Assembly: GCA_030390025.1 (NCBI GenBank)
Contig: CM059452.1
Location: 10,044,001 to 10,108,000 of the forward strand
Reading direction: 5' to 3'
Origin: Squalus acanthias
Taxonomy: Eukaryota
Length of the DNA stretch: 64,000 nt
A model generated the notes under the pieces. It was not told where the DNA came from. It saw only the letters and a program-made list of their open reading frames with translations, and did no database searches. How positions within the stretch are numbered: position 1 is the first letter of the stretch; every line of letters starts with the position of its first letter. The position numbers and the translations under genes are program-made. Of this stretch, positions 12,931-24,844 are shown piece by piece.

Positions 12931-13360
12931 TAGAATTGTCTGTTCCGATTTTCTATCCTTGCTTTGCAATGATGACTTTTGTAAACTCCTTTTACAGGCT
13001 GTGAGAAAGGCAGCATTTACGGAATGCAAGCTCAAACCAAACATCACATCAAGATCTGACAGAGTCACTCCATTCATCAGGACCCGAATATCATCAGCCT
13101 TTGAATGTGGAAGGAGAAATGTTTGTCTGTTATGTCTGTGGTAAAAGATTTCAAACATCAGTGTGACTGGAAAAGCACCGAGACACACACACCCGAGTGA
13201 GAGTGTTCCAGTGCACTGACTGTGGAAAGAGCTTTAACCAGTTACACAGCCTGAAAAAAGTCGCATCATTCACTGTAGGAAGAAACCGTACACGTGTTCT
13301 GTGTGTGGACGAGGCTTCAACTGATCATCCAAGCTGGAGAGACACAAGAACACCCTCACC

Positions 13361-14203
13361 ATGGAGAAACCGTGGAAATGTGGGGACTGTGGGAAGGGAT
13401 TCAATTACCCGTCCCAACTGGAAACTCATCGGCGCAGTCACACTGGGGAGAGACCCTTCAGTTGCTCTCACTGCTTGAAGACTTTCAAAGAATCATCAAA
13501 CCTGCTGAAACACCAGCAAGTTCACACTGGGGAGAGGCCGTTCACCTGCTCATTGTGTGGGAAGGGATTTTCTGAATCCAACCACCTGCTGACACACCAG
13601 CGAGTTCACAGTGACGAGAGACCGTTCAGGTGCTCTCACTGTGCAAAGACATTTGCCCACTCATCCAACCTACTGAAACACCAGCGAGTTCACACCAGGG
13701 AGAGGTCGTTCACTTGCTCCGTATGTGGGAAGAGATTCACTCGTTCATCCAATCTGTTGACACACCAGCGAGTTCACACAGGGGAGAGGCCGTTCACCTG
13801 CCCTGTGTGTGGGAAAGGATTTGCTCATTCTTCCCATCTGCAGACACACCAGCGGGTTCACACTGAGGAGAAGCCGTTCACCTGCTCTGAGTGTGGGATG
13901 AGATTCACTCAGTCATCCAACTTCCGGACACACCAACTTGTTCACACAAATAAGAGACCTTTTAAATGTTCTGAGTGTGAGAAGTGCTTTAAAAGCACAA
14001 AGGATCTGCTGACACACCAGCGAATTCACACTGGGGAGAGGCCGTTCACCTGCTCTGAGTGTGGGAAGGGATTCACTAATTTATCCAACCTGCGGACACA
14101 GCAGCGAGTTCACACTGGGGAGAGGCCGTTCACCTGCTCTGAGTGTGGGAAGGGATTCACTCAGTCGTCCAACCTGCAGACACACCAGCGAGTTCACAAG
14201 TGA
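13361..14203 (+). CDS. KRAB-less C2H2 zinc-finger protein, 10 fingers (one with His-to-Gln)
   Basis: 280-aa [13 protein letters not shown]... with Kozak caccATGg; upstream degenerate fingers 13119-13360 carry two TGA and a 1-nt frameshift. Confidence 0.85.
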   Translation: MEKPWKCGDCGKGFNYPSQLETHRRSHTGERPFSCSHCLKTFKESSNLLKHQQVHTGERPFTCSLCGKGFSESNHLLTHQRVHSDERPFRCSHCAKTFAHSSNLLKHQRVHTRERSFTCSVCGKRFTRSSNLLTHQRVHTGERPFTCPVCGKGFAHSSHLQTHQRVHTEEKPFTCSECGMRFTQSSNFRTHQLVHTNKRPFKCSECEKCFKSTKDLLTHQRIHTGERPFTCSECGKGFTNLSNLRTQQRVHTGERPFTCSECGKGFTQSSNLQTHQRVHK

Positions 14204-15447
14204 CTGCAGGGGTTGGATTCTGCTGTTATTGCTGCTGTTAATCACATCCAGGACTGAACCATGTTTATTCTGACAATTGGGGTTTGTTTCAGCTGATGTT
14301 AGTAACCCCTATAACTGGGCTGGAATTTAATCTGTATCAATGTCAAATAAATGAGCTTTGTTTCCCACACACGCAGTGTGTCGAGTCCTTGATATCTCGA
14401 CAATAAGATGAGCTGATTGAGGACTTGTTACAAACTGAGTGGCATCCATTTGAGAACTGATTTCCCACAACTTTCTAAAAGATGGATCTACAAGATGTCC
14501 AAGTCTGACAGGACAGAAAATTCTATTATATCACAGGGTCCACTTCAACCATCCAGGGCAGTGAGTCCCTGTCATATTGGATTTTAACCTATGGGAAATA
14601 TTCTGATAATCTGTTATTGTCACGGGGCAAAGCAGCCTTGTTACTTTAACATCAGTTTAATCAAACTCAATGGGCAATCCGATCTCCAAAGGGAAACGTC
14701 TCCTTAAAGCTGACGGTGTCGGCAGTTCTGCAGCTCATTTCTCAGTGTGAGGGTGTCAGAATGAAAAGCTTTAACAACAGCCGATGTTTCACAAAGGGAG
14801 ACCTCACCAGACCAAAGGCCATTGGTGGAGTTTAATGGGCTGTTTGTGTCACTGGGCTACAGGAGGCCATTTTTAACCGAAAGAAAACTGGTCACAGCAA
14901 ACAGAGAGTTTAACAGACTGTCCCTGGTCCACTCGAACCCCCACCTTCTCTCTCTCTCACTATTTATGGGCACTGCTGCAGTTATTGCTCCTCTGACCTT
15001 TCCTCTCTTGTCCCTCCTACACCCCTAATACACGGCCCGACACAATCTCCCTCCCCCTACATCCTCACTGTGCTGGAATCCACACCAGTCTCCCCATCTG
15101 CTCCTTGTTCTCTCCCTGGATCCTAAAACTACTGAACTCACTCTTCCCCTCCTGAAGTCTACAGGCTCTGAAACTGAAGCTTGGTGTCCCTCAGTCCCGA
15201 CTCCTTGATTTACCTCCCCTTCTCTCCTCCTCTTTCCCCCTTGGTTGTGTTCCACACTCTGGGCCTTGGGCCTTCCCCGGGGATTCTCAGTATGAACAGG
15301 TGGGATGTGTTTGGAGACAGGGTGTCCCGGCTCTCCACCTTTAAAGGGACAAGGAGACGACCAGCTGGGCTGAATGGCCCTGCTTTATGACATCACTGCA
15401 GTGCCGAGCAACCAACCTCCCTGAGCCCTGCTCATTATGGGCTGGCA

Positions 15448-15852
15448 GTGTTTGATGGGACAGTGCAGAGGGAGCTTTACTCTGCATCTAACCCATGCTG
15501 TACCTGCCCTGGGAGTGTTTGATGGGACAGTGTAGAGGGAGCTTTACTCTGTATCTAACCCGTGCTGTAGCTGCCCTGGGAGTGTTTGATGGGACAGTGT
15601 AGAGGGAGCTTTACTCTGTATCTAACCTGTGCTGTACCTGCCCTGGGAGTGTTTGATGGGACAGTGCAGAGGGAGCTTTACTCTGTATCTAACCCATGCT
15701 GTACCTACCCTGGGAGTGTTTGATGGGACAGTGTAGAGGGAGCATTACTCTGTATCTAACCCGTGCTGTACCTGACTGGAGAGTGTTTGATGGGACAGTG
15801 TCGAGGGAGCTTTACTCTGTATCTAACCCGTGCTGTACCTGACTGGAGAGTG
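15448..15852 (+). repeat. 67-bp minisatellite, ~6 units
   Basis: Same unit as at 7530. Confidence 0.95.
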
Positions 15853-15903
15853 CTTCAGGCAGACACTCTGTGCTCAGAACACCCCATTCCCCAGCACTGA
15901 CAT

Positions 15904-16038
15904 GTGAGAAGTCGCACAACACCAGGTTATAGTCCAACAGCTTTATTTGAAATCACAAGCTTTCGGAGCGCTGCTCCTTTGTCAGGTGATTTCAAATAAA
16001 GCTGTTGGACTATAACCTGGTGTTGTGCAACTTCTCAC
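15904..16038. mobile_element. Penelope-like hairpin, duplicate of 7919-8053
   Basis: 53-bp inverted arms with the same flanks; part of the 15220-16664 = 7300-8680 duplication. Confidence 0.75.
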
Positions 16039-16664
16039 TTTCATAAATAGAGGCATAGAGTACAAAAGCAAGGAAGTTATGATGAACCTTTATAAAACAC
16101 TGGTTCGGCCTCAACTGGAGTATTGTGTCCAATTCTGGGCACCGCACTTTAGGAAGGATGTGAAGGCCTTAGAGATGGTGCAGAAAAGATTTACAAGAAT
16201 GGTTCCAGGGATGAGGGACTTCAGTTACGTGGATAGACTGGAGAAGCTGGGGTTGTTCTCCTTGGAGCAGAGAAGGTTGAGAGGAGATTTGATAGAGGTG
16301 TTCAAAAGCAAGTGGGGTCTGGACAGAGTAGATAGAGAGAAACTGTTCCCATTGGTGGAAGGGTCGAGAACCAGAGGACAAAGATTTAAGGTGATTGGCA
16401 GAAGAACCAAAGGCGACATGAGGAAAAACTTTTTTATGCAGCGAGTGGTTAGGATCTGGAATGCACTGCCTGAAAGGGTGGTGGAGGCAGATTCAATCAC
16501 GGCTTTCAAAAGGGAGTTGGATGAGTACCTGAAGTAAAGAAATTTGCAGGGCTACGGGGAAAGGGCGGGGGAGTGGGACTAGCTGAGGTGATCTTGCAGA
16601 GAGCCGGCACGGGCTCGACGGGCTGAATGGCCTCCTTCTGTCCTGTAACCATTCTATGATTCTA
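16039..16664 (+). mobile_element. CR1 3' fragment, duplicate of 8054-8680
   Basis: Near-identical ORF 16025-16537. Confidence 0.9.
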
Positions 16665-18270
16665 TATATGTCAAATAAATCAGCTATGTTTCAAACACAG
16701 TGTGTTGAGTCCTTGACGTCTCCAAGATAAGAGGAGACTAATTGATGTCCTGTTACCGACTGCTCCCTTTTTGGGTCTTTTCTCCTTTCTAACTCTAGAT
16801 TGTTTCAGTTCTCATACCTTCGGTTACTCTCATGGACAAGTCCCAGCTCCCCATACCTTCCAGAGTGCCTTTCCTAGCCTTGGTATCCAGGGAAGGTATC
16901 GGTAACACGCCCGGGATCACTAAACACAAAACCCAGTCTGTTAATCACTTTCAGCGACTGGACTTAGCGTCTGACCCACAGCATCTCTCTCACCTTCGAT
17001 GTGTGAATAGAGCATCACGCCGCAGAACCTGGTTTTAAATTTGAATCCACTCAGAAAATGTATTGAACAAAATACGAACAAATAAACACGTCACGGCCCA
17101 ATAATCCAGCTCTATGTTCACAGGAGGAAGCCTGTTATCGGACTCCTCGAGTGGGCAAAAGATTCCAAATGGAAGAGTCCCTCGAATCCTTTGTTAATAC
17201 CTTTCAAATCCTGAACGGTTCCTTCCTTATTCTAGAATTCCCCATCCCTGTGGGAGTCGATATTGGTCAAACACTGCTAATTGGACATTTCTAACTGATT
17301 TTTCTCTTTCAGGTGTTTCAAGCTGACCAGTTCCTTCTCTCAGAGAATCTCCAAGGAGACTCTTTGATTTAAACACAGCTCTCCCCTCTTTCATATCCGG
17401 GATTAGAGTTACCGGGAATTTGAATACCTGACCACTCAAATTTAAAAGGGCCCGTCAGTGATACACAGACTGAACCAATCACACAGCTCTGGGTCAGTTT
17501 GAATGATTCCTCTCTCCAGCCTGTAACCGATGAAACTTGTAACACTGAGGCTGAAATTCCACTGTCGTGCGCCGGGGGTGGAGGCAGTGCTGGGCACAGA
17601 GGGAGCAGCAAACCGGGTTCAGAGTGGGCACTCTGGGTTTGCCCTTGCCCTGGGTTTTCCGATGAGCTTGTCCTGGGGCCCACTGGGCTGTCACTGCTCC
17701 GGGGTATTTCCGGGCATGTCCTCACTGCCCCTGCAATTCCCACACATTGACCCCTGGGTGTGAGGCCAGCGCTCTGTGCCTTTAAACACTGGAGTGAAGC
17801 CGAGTCCTGCAGGCACTCAGTCACCAGGAGGAGTTTGTAATCATCCGGACCGGGGAGATTATCCCACTTTTGGGCCGGTTGTGGTTTCTTCCCATTGTCC
17901 CGTTGCTTGTTCCCTTGGATTGGATCTTTATTTGTTCCCTTTGGTTTGGGTTCAGTTTCACTGCTGGACCCACCACTCAAAGCACTTTGTCTGATCTGCC
18001 CCCGGGAATGAGCAGACTCCTCCCTCACCTCCCACACTGCACCATCTCTCCTCCTTTTTTCCCCTTGGTTGTGTTCCACACTCTGGGCCTTGGGCCTTCC
18101 CCTGGGATTCTCAGTATTAACAGGTGGGATGTGTTTGGAGACAGGGTGTCCCGGCTCTCCACCTTTAAAGGGACAAGGAGACGACGAGCTGGGCTGAATG
18201 GCCCTGCTTTATGACATCACTGCAGTGCCTAGCAACCAACCTCCCTGAGCCCTGCTCATTATGGGCTGGC
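16665..18270 (+). repeat. Segmental duplicate of 5923-7528
   Basis: Collinear near-identity. Confidence 0.85.
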
Positions 18271-18271
18271 A

Positions 18272-18758
18272 GTGTTTGATGGGACAGTGTAGAGGGAGCT
18301 TTACTCTGTATCTAACCCGTGCTGTACCTGCCCTGGGTGTGTTTGATGGGACAGTGTAGAGGGAGCTTTACTCTGTATTTAACCCGTGCTGTACCTGACC
18401 CGAGAGTGTTTGATGGGACAGTGTAGAGGGAGCTTTACTCTGTATCTAACCCGTGCTGTACCTGCCCTGGGAGTGTTTGATGGGACAGTGTAGAGGGAGC
18501 TTTACTCTGTATCTAACCCGTGCTGTACCTGCCCCGGGAGTGTTTGATGGGACAGTGTAGAGGGAGCTTTACTCTGTATCTAACCCGTGCTGTACCTGAC
18601 CCGAGAGTGTTTGATGGGACAGTGTAGAGGGAGCTTTACTCTGTATCTAACCCGTGCTGTACCTGCCCTGGGAGTGTTTGATGGGACAGTGTAGAGGGAG
18701 CTTTACTCTGTATCTAACCCGTACTGTACCTGCCCTGGGAGTGTTTGATGAGACAGTA
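18272..18758 (+). repeat. 67-bp minisatellite, ~7 units
   Basis: Same unit as at 7530. Confidence 0.95.
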
Positions 18759-19139
18759 GAAACTTTCCCTGCCTGAAAGGGTGGTGGAGGCAGATTCAAT
18801 CACGGCTTTCAAAAGGGAATTGGATAAGTACCTGAAGGAAAGAAATTTGCAGGGCTACGGGGAAAGGGCGGGGGAGTGGGACTAGCTGAAGTGATCTTGC
18901 AGAGAGCCGGCACGGGCTCGACGGGCTGAATGGCCTCCTTCTGTGCTGGAACCATTCTATGATTCTATAAAATATTAGAAAGTTTGTGCCACAGAAGCAC
19001 GGGGTTTATCTGCTTTTATTCATGAATTTAAAAAGTCTGTATTAAAATCTGAGCCAGTGTGTTGTGAGACAAAGAGCCTTGTGTCCAATAAGGGGAATAA
19101 AGGCCCACAGCCTCCCCTGGCCCCGGGCCCTGAACAAGG

Positions 19140-19670
19140 GACTGGAGAAACTCGCTGCCCCGCGGATCAGACAATCAGCCGGCGCTAGTCCCGCCCCTCG
19201 GGCTCCCCGATTGGTTGGAGGACCCGCCGCCGGCTCGCTCCTCCAGCCCCGCCCCGCTCGCTCCCTATTGGTCGGAAGCTCCCGTCAATCAGGCCGCGGG
19301 CCCGGGTCACGTGACTCCGAGGAGATCACGTGCTCCGTCCAACTGACTCCGCTCGGTCCGGGGCCTCGCGGACTCTGAGGTTTTTCTATTTCTCTTTATT
19401 CTCTCCCGATCCACCCCTCCCCCCCACCCCGCGCGATTCACCACCCAATCGGAGCGGAGAAAACTCACTTTGCGTCACCGATCGCGACTCTGTAACCGAC
19501 ACCAAGGCCTTTCCCCGGAATGCCCCGCGCCGACTCCGTCCGGCAGGATCCGACCGCGCAGGCGCAGCTCCGAGTGGGGGAGGGGGTTTGGTCTCCTCTG
19601 GGCATGCGCGGTTGTTGCCCTTGGTGACCGGGAGGGGTCGCTGTGTCGCCGCTCCGTGTGCGCATGCGCC
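19140..19670. promoter_or_regulatory. CpG-island promoter-like region
   Basis: High CpG density, several CCAAT/ATTGG boxes, GC boxes, CGGAAG, GTCACGTGAC E-box and TGCGCATGCGC (NRF1-type); the core resembles 35800-35900 inverted. Confidence 0.7.
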
Positions 19671-20870
19671 TTATCTACCTGTCCTGCGACCTTCAGGGAT
19701 CTGTGGACATGCTCTCCAAGGTCCCTCTGATCTTCTGCACTTCTCAGTGTCCGACCATTTATAGTGTATTCCCAAGCCTTGTTAGACCTCCCCAAATGCA
19801 TTACCTCACACTTCTCCAGATTGAATTCCATTTCCCACTTGTCTGCCCACCTGACCAGTCCATTGATATCTTCCTGCAGTCTGCAGCTTTCTTCTTCATT
19901 ATCAACCACACGGCCAATTTTTGTATCATCTGCAAACTTCTTAATCATACTTCTTACATTCAAGTCCAAATCATTGATATATACCACAAAAAGCAAAGGT
20001 CCCAGTACTGAGCCCTGCGGAACCCCACTGGAAACAACCTTCCAGTCACAAAAATACCCTTCGACCATTACCCTTTGTTTCCTGCCTCTGAGACAATTTT
20101 GGATCCAACTTGTCACTTTGCCTTGGATCCCATGGGCTTTTACTTTCGTGACCAGTATCAAAAGCCTTGCTAAAATCAATATAGACTACATCAAACGCAC
20201 TCCCCTCATCGACCATCCTTGTTACCTCCTCATAAAATTCAATCAAGTTAGTAAGACACGACCTTCCCTTAACAAATCCATGCTGACTGTCCCTGATTAA
20301 TCCGTGTCTTTCTAAATGCAGATTTATCCTGTCCCTCAGAACTTTTTTCCAATAATTTTCTCACCACCGAGGTTAGGCTGACTGGCCTGTAATTACTCGG
20401 TCTATCCCTTTCTCCCTTTTTAAACAATGGTACCACGTTAGCAGTTCTCCAGTCCTCTGGCACCACACCTGTAGCCAGAGAGGATTGAAAAATGATGGTC
20501 TATTTCCTCTCTTACTTCTCTGAACAGTCTGGGATACATTTCATCCAGGCCTGGGGATTTATCCACTTTCAAAGATGCTAAACCCCTTAATACTTCCTCT
20601 TTCACTATGTTTATTTCATCTAATATTTCACACTCTTCCTCCCTGATTGCAATGTCTGCATCGTCCCTCTCTTTTGTGAAAACAGACGCAAAGTATTCAT
20701 TAAGAACCATACTCATGTCTTCCACTTCCACACACAGGTTACCTTTATGGTCCCTAATAGGCTCCACTCTTACTTTAGTTATCCTCTTGCTCTTAATGTA
20801 TTTATAAAACATCTTTGGGTTTTCCTTGATTTTACTTGCCAATATTTTTTCATGCCCTCTCTTTGCTTTT
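19671..20870 (-). mobile_element. CR1 internal fragment
   Basis: Minus-strand RT ORFs ([17 protein letters not shown]). Confidence 0.9.
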
Positions 20871-20874
20871 CTTC

Positions 20875-21100
20875 TTCAAAATAATGGCATAGGATCTTTG
20901 ACGTCCACCTGAGAGAGCAGACGGGGCCTCGCTTTAACGTCTACTCCAAAAAACGGCACCTCCGACAGTGCCACACTCCCTCAGCACTGCACTGGAGCGT
21001 CAGCCTGGATTCCTGTGCTCAAGTCTCTGGAGTGGGACTTGAACCCACAACTTTCTGACTCAAGAGGCGAGAGTGCTACCCACTGAGCCACTGGCTGACA
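20875..21100 (-). mobile_element. tRNA-derived SINE, probably Deu-domain type
   Basis: Minus strand begins gtggctcagtgggtagc (A box) ... gggttcaagtccc (B box); homologous to 55750-56138. Confidence 0.75.
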
Positions 21101-21113
21101 CTAACGAACAAGC

Positions 21114-21150
21114 AGTTCTGACGAAAGGTCATCGACCTGAAACGTTAACT
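21114..21150 (+). ncRNA. Minimal type-I hammerhead ribozyme motif in a Penelope terminal-repeat fragment (fragment extends to ~21215)
   Basis: agtt-CTGACGA-a-aggtc(atc)gacct-GAAA-cg-TT-aact: intact core, stems I and II, palindromic stem III. Confidence 0.7.
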
Positions 21151-21249
21151 CGGTTTCTCTCTCCACAGATGCTGCCTGACCTGCTGAGTATTTCCAGCAT
21201 TTTCTGTTTTTATTAAAGAAACGATGGAGTGATTGCTGACAGGAAGAAT

Positions 21250-21560
21250 GTTGGGTCGTCCTGCGCATGTGCACCTCCCTGGCGGCTGAGGTGAAACACC
21301 GACTCGCCCCCACCTGAGCCGCGCACACGTACCAGATGTTGCGGCTCCGCATGCGCGCCCGATGTTCCAACCGCGGGGTTTTGTGCGCTGAGCATGCGCG
21401 TTGTGGACTGATCGGGACGGGTGATTGTGGAGCAGGAGGGAGAGCGCGGGGGCCATGAGCACATGGGCGGGACTCAGAGTCAACAGAGCGCTTTCTGGAG
21501 CGCCGGGGCTTGTGGGTATTACAGCCGCCATTACTGCTGATCCTTTCAACCAACCTGTGC
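21250..21560. promoter_or_regulatory. CpG-rich promoter-like region upstream of a ZNF gene
   Basis: Several GCGCATG/GCATGCGC NRF1-like motifs, a GC box and gccgccat. Confidence 0.55.
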
Positions 21561-21770
21561 AGCAGCTGGAGCCTGAAAATCAGCTTCACTGCCCCTAGGT
21601 TCGGAAAAGGGAAAATTAAACAACAATTTGCCTCTGATCCTTTTCTAAACTCATTTTACAGGGTTATAGAAGTGGAGCAGTTACAGGCGGGAAGCTCAGA
21701 CCAAACAACACGTCAAGATCTGACAGAGTCGCTCGATTCATCCGGACCTGAACATCATCGGCCTTTGCAC

Positions 21771-22988
21771 ATGGAAGGAGAAAGCAGCGATCGCAGCGAT
21801 GACAAACCGCACAGGTGTTCGGTGTGTGGACGCGGATTCAGCCGATCGCCTGACCTGGCGAGACACGTGCACCGTCACACCGGGGAGAAACCGGGTAAAG
21901 GTGGGGACGGTGGGAAGGGATTCAGTTCCCCGTCTGCAATAGAAGTTCAACGGCGCAGTCACACCAGGGACAGTCCATTCACCTGCTCCGTGTGTGGAAA
22001 GGGATTTGTTTGTTCATCCCACCTGCAAACACACCAGCGAGTTCACACTGACGAGAGACCGTTTCAGTGTTCTGACTGTTGGAAGAGCTTTAAAAGCCCC
22101 CAGGATCTGAAGGGACACCAGCTTGTTCACACTGATGAGAGACCATTTCAGTGTCCTGACTGTGGGAAGAGCTTTAAAAGCCCCCAGGATCTGAAGGGAC
22201 ACCAGCGAGTTCACACTGATGAGAGGCCGTTTAACTGTCCTGACTGTGGAAAGATCTTTAAAAGCTCCGGGGATCTGAAGAGACACCAGCTTATTCACAC
22301 TGCGGAAAGGCTGTTCACCTGCTCCGTGTGTGGGAAGGGATTCTTGCAGTCCTGCAACCTGCTGAGACACCAGCTTGCTCACACTGATGAGAGACCATTT
22401 AACTGTTCTGACTGTGGGAAGAATTTTAAAAGCCCCCGGGAGCTGAAGGGACACCAGCTTGTTCACACTGATGAGAGACCCTTTAAATGTTCTGACTGTG
22501 GGAAGAGCTTTAAAAGCTCCGGGGAGCTGAAGAAACACCAGCTTGTTCACACTGACGAGAGACCCTTTAAATGTTCTGACTGTGGGAAGAGATTTAAAAG
22601 CTCCCAGGAGCTGAAGAGACACCAACACCTATACACTGGGGAGAGACCGTTCACCTGCTCAGTGTGTGGGAAGGGATTCACTGAATCATCCACCGTGCTG
22701 ACACACCAGCTTGTTCACACTAACGAGAGACCCTTTAAATGTTCTGACTGTGGGAAGAGATTTAAAAGCTCCGGGGAGCTGAAGAAACACCAGCGAGTTC
22801 ACACTGGAGAGAGGCAGTTCACCTGCTCAGTGTGTGGGAAGGGATTCATTAAGTCATCCACCCTCCTGTCACACCAGCTTGTTCACACTAACGAGAGACC
22901 CTTTAAATGTTCTGACTGTGGGAAGAGCTTTAAAAGCTCGAAGAGCCTTAAGGGACACCAGCGTCTTCACACTGATCACAGAATCTAA
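21771..22988 (+). CDS. C2H2 zinc-finger protein, 13 intact plus 1 degenerate finger
   Basis: Uninterrupted frame; splice acceptor ttttacag near 21661; first in-frame ATG at 21771 (cacATGg); the stop comes from an adjacent antisense CR1 tail. Confidence 0.85.
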   Translation: MEGESSDRSDDKPHRCSVCGRGFSRSPDLARHVHRHTGEKPGKGGDGGKGFSSPSAIEVQRRSHTRDSPFTCSVCGKGFVCSSHLQTHQRVHTDERPFQCSDCWKSFKSPQDLKGHQLVHTDERPFQCPDCGKSFKSPQDLKGHQRVHTDERPFNCPDCGKIFKSSGDLKRHQLIHTAERLFTCSVCGKGFLQSCNLLRHQLAHTDERPFNCSDCGKNFKSPRELKGHQLVHTDERPFKCSDCGKSFKSSGELKKHQLVHTDERPFKCSDCGKRFKSSQELKRHQHLYTGERPFTCSVCGKGFTESSTVLTHQLVHTNERPFKCSDCGKRFKSSGELKKHQRVHTGERQFTCSVCGKGFIKSSTLLSHQLVHTNERPFKCSDCGKSFKSSKSLKGHQRLHTDHRI

Positions 22989-23525
22989 CAGCACAGAAGG
23001 AGGTGATTCGGCCCATCGTGTCTGTGCCGGCTCTTTGAAAGAACTGTCCAATTTAGTCCCAAACCCCAGCTCTATCCCCAGAACTCTGCAAACTAGTCCT
23101 CTTCAAGTACACGTCCAATCACCGTTTGAAAGTTCCTGTGGAACCTGATTCCAGCATCCTTTCAGATGGTGCGTTCCAGATCTTAACAACCCTCTGTGTG
23201 AAAACAATTCTCCTCAGTTCACCTCTAGTTCTTTTAGCAACTATTTTAAATCTGTGACCTTTGGTTACCGACCCACTTGCCAGAGTGAACAGTTTCTCCC
23301 TACTTGCTCGATCAAAACCCCTCATCATTTTGAACCCCTCTATTAGGTCTCCTCTTAACCTTCTCTGCTCTAAGGGGAACAATCCCAGCTTCTCCAATCT
23401 CTCCACATAACTGAAGTCCCTCATCCCTGGTACCATCCTGGTCAACCTCCTCTGCACCCTCTCCAAGGCCTTGACATCCTTCCTAAAGTGTGGTGCCCAG
23501 AACTGTACACAAGACTCCAGCTGAG
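22978..23525 (-). mobile_element. CR1 3' fragment
   Basis: Minus ORF ERVQRRLTRMVPG...RRLRGDLIE. Confidence 0.85.
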
Positions 23526-23529
23526 GCCA

Positions 23530-24025
23530 AAACCCTGCAGCTGTACAAAACTCTGGTTAGACCACACCTGGAGTACTGTGAGCAGTTCTGGGCATCACAC
23601 CTTAGGAAGGATATATTGGCCTTGGAGGGAGTGCAGCGCAGGTTTACCAGAATGATACCCGGACTTCAAGGGTTAAGTTACGGGGAGAGATTACACAAAT
23701 TAGAAGGTTAAGGTGTGATCTGATCGAAGTTTTCAGGATATTAAGGGGAACAGATAGGGTAGATAGAGAGAAACTATTTCCGCTGGTTGGGGATTCTAGG
23801 ACTCGGGGCATAGTCTAAAAATTAGAGCCTGACCTTTCAGGATTGAAATTAGGAAACACTTCTACACACAAAGGGTGGTAGAAGTTTGGAACTCTCTTCC
23901 GCAAACGGCAATTGATGCGAGATCAGTTGTTAATTTTAAATCTGAGATTGATAGGTTTTTGTTACCCAAAGGTATTAAGGGATATGGGCCAAAGGCGGGT
24001 GTATGGAGTTAGGTCACAGATCAGA
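23530..24025 (+). mobile_element. CR1 3' fragment
   Basis: LVRPHLEYCEQFW and RTRGH motifs. Confidence 0.85.
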
Positions 24026-24029
24026 CATT

Positions 24030-24377
24030 TCGGCAGAACTGGAAAAAAGCAGGAAATAGTACAGTTTTAAAGCAAGTTTAGGGGCTGGGAAATGGGGGAG
24101 GGGATGAAAGAACAAAAGGGAAGGTCTGTGATAGGATAGAAGGCAGGAGAAGTAAAGAGACATTAAGAGATATTCAAGGCAAGAGGAGATGGTAATGGGA
24201 CAGGTTAAGAAACAAAGGATGGCTCGAGATGAAGTGTGAATTGCGCTGGCAGAATGAAAGACAGCTGCCATGTGGGAGAGAACAAAAGGCACAAACAAAA
24301 AGTGTGGATAAAAAATATATATATGACAGGGGCCGAGGTTATGATCTGAAATTGTTGAACTCTATGTTGAGTCCAGA
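24030..24377 (-). mobile_element. Penelope-like element 3' fragment
   Basis: Minus strand encodes SGLNIEFNNF (GIY-YIG C-terminus) followed by a pyrimidine-rich tail, as at 46660-47070. Confidence 0.6.
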
Positions 24378-24660
24378 GAGCTCAGGGAGCGGGTTAATAA
24401 ACCCCGGGGGGACGCGGGCTGCACACACCCCGAGTGCGGCCCCAGGCCCCATTATTAAAACACTCAACATTATCCGCTTCACAAACACCCGGGGTGGGCC
24501 TCAGGCCCCGAACAAGAGCCTCCGGGCCGGGCGTTTGCCCCGAGCGGGGCGGCAGCTGCGGGGCTTTCTCCCGGTGACAGGCCCGGGTTAACGGCCGCCA
24601 TCTTGACAGGCTCAGGGGGCAGCAGGGCGCATGCGCGGCCCCCTTAGCCAGGAACCAGGA
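24378..24660 (+). promoter_or_regulatory. Truncated duplicate of the ZNF promoter/first-intron CpG island
   Basis: Near-identical to 35982-36270; contains GGCCGCCATCTT (YY1-type) and GCGCATGCGC. Confidence 0.7.
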
Positions 24661-24844
24661 GGAGAGAATCTTGGCAATTTCTATCCTGGACTCTCAGTCA
24701 TGGCTTTTGGAAACTCCTTTTACAGGCTGTGAGAAGGGCAGCATTTACACACCGCAAACTCAAACCAAACATCACATCAAGATCTGAGAGTCACTCCATT
24801 CATCAGGACCCGAATATCATCGGCCTTTGAATGTGGAAGGAGAA

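Noticed and set aside
12499-13188. Repetitive-protein ORFs (also 34294-34657 and 44406-44891)
   Set aside because: Artefacts of 63-bp and 18-bp repeats whose unit length is a multiple of 3
12998-13360. KRAB, SCAN or SET effector domain for the ZNF genes
   Set aside because: No such domain or upstream coding exon is recognisable anywhere in the window
14204-14345. SECIS element explaining the in-frame UGAs as selenocysteine
   Set aside because: I could not build the AUGA/GA quartet with a correctly placed helix II by eye, and the UGAs are not at Cys positions; a SECISearch run would settle it
21040-21100. tRNA gene
   Set aside because: The A and B boxes belong to a SINE head followed by SINE body; no complete cloverleaf
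21510-21770. N-terminal hydrophobic extension or signal peptide on the 492-aa ZNF ORF
   Set aside because: It starts at GTG and crosses the family splice acceptor near 21661; likely intron or UTR
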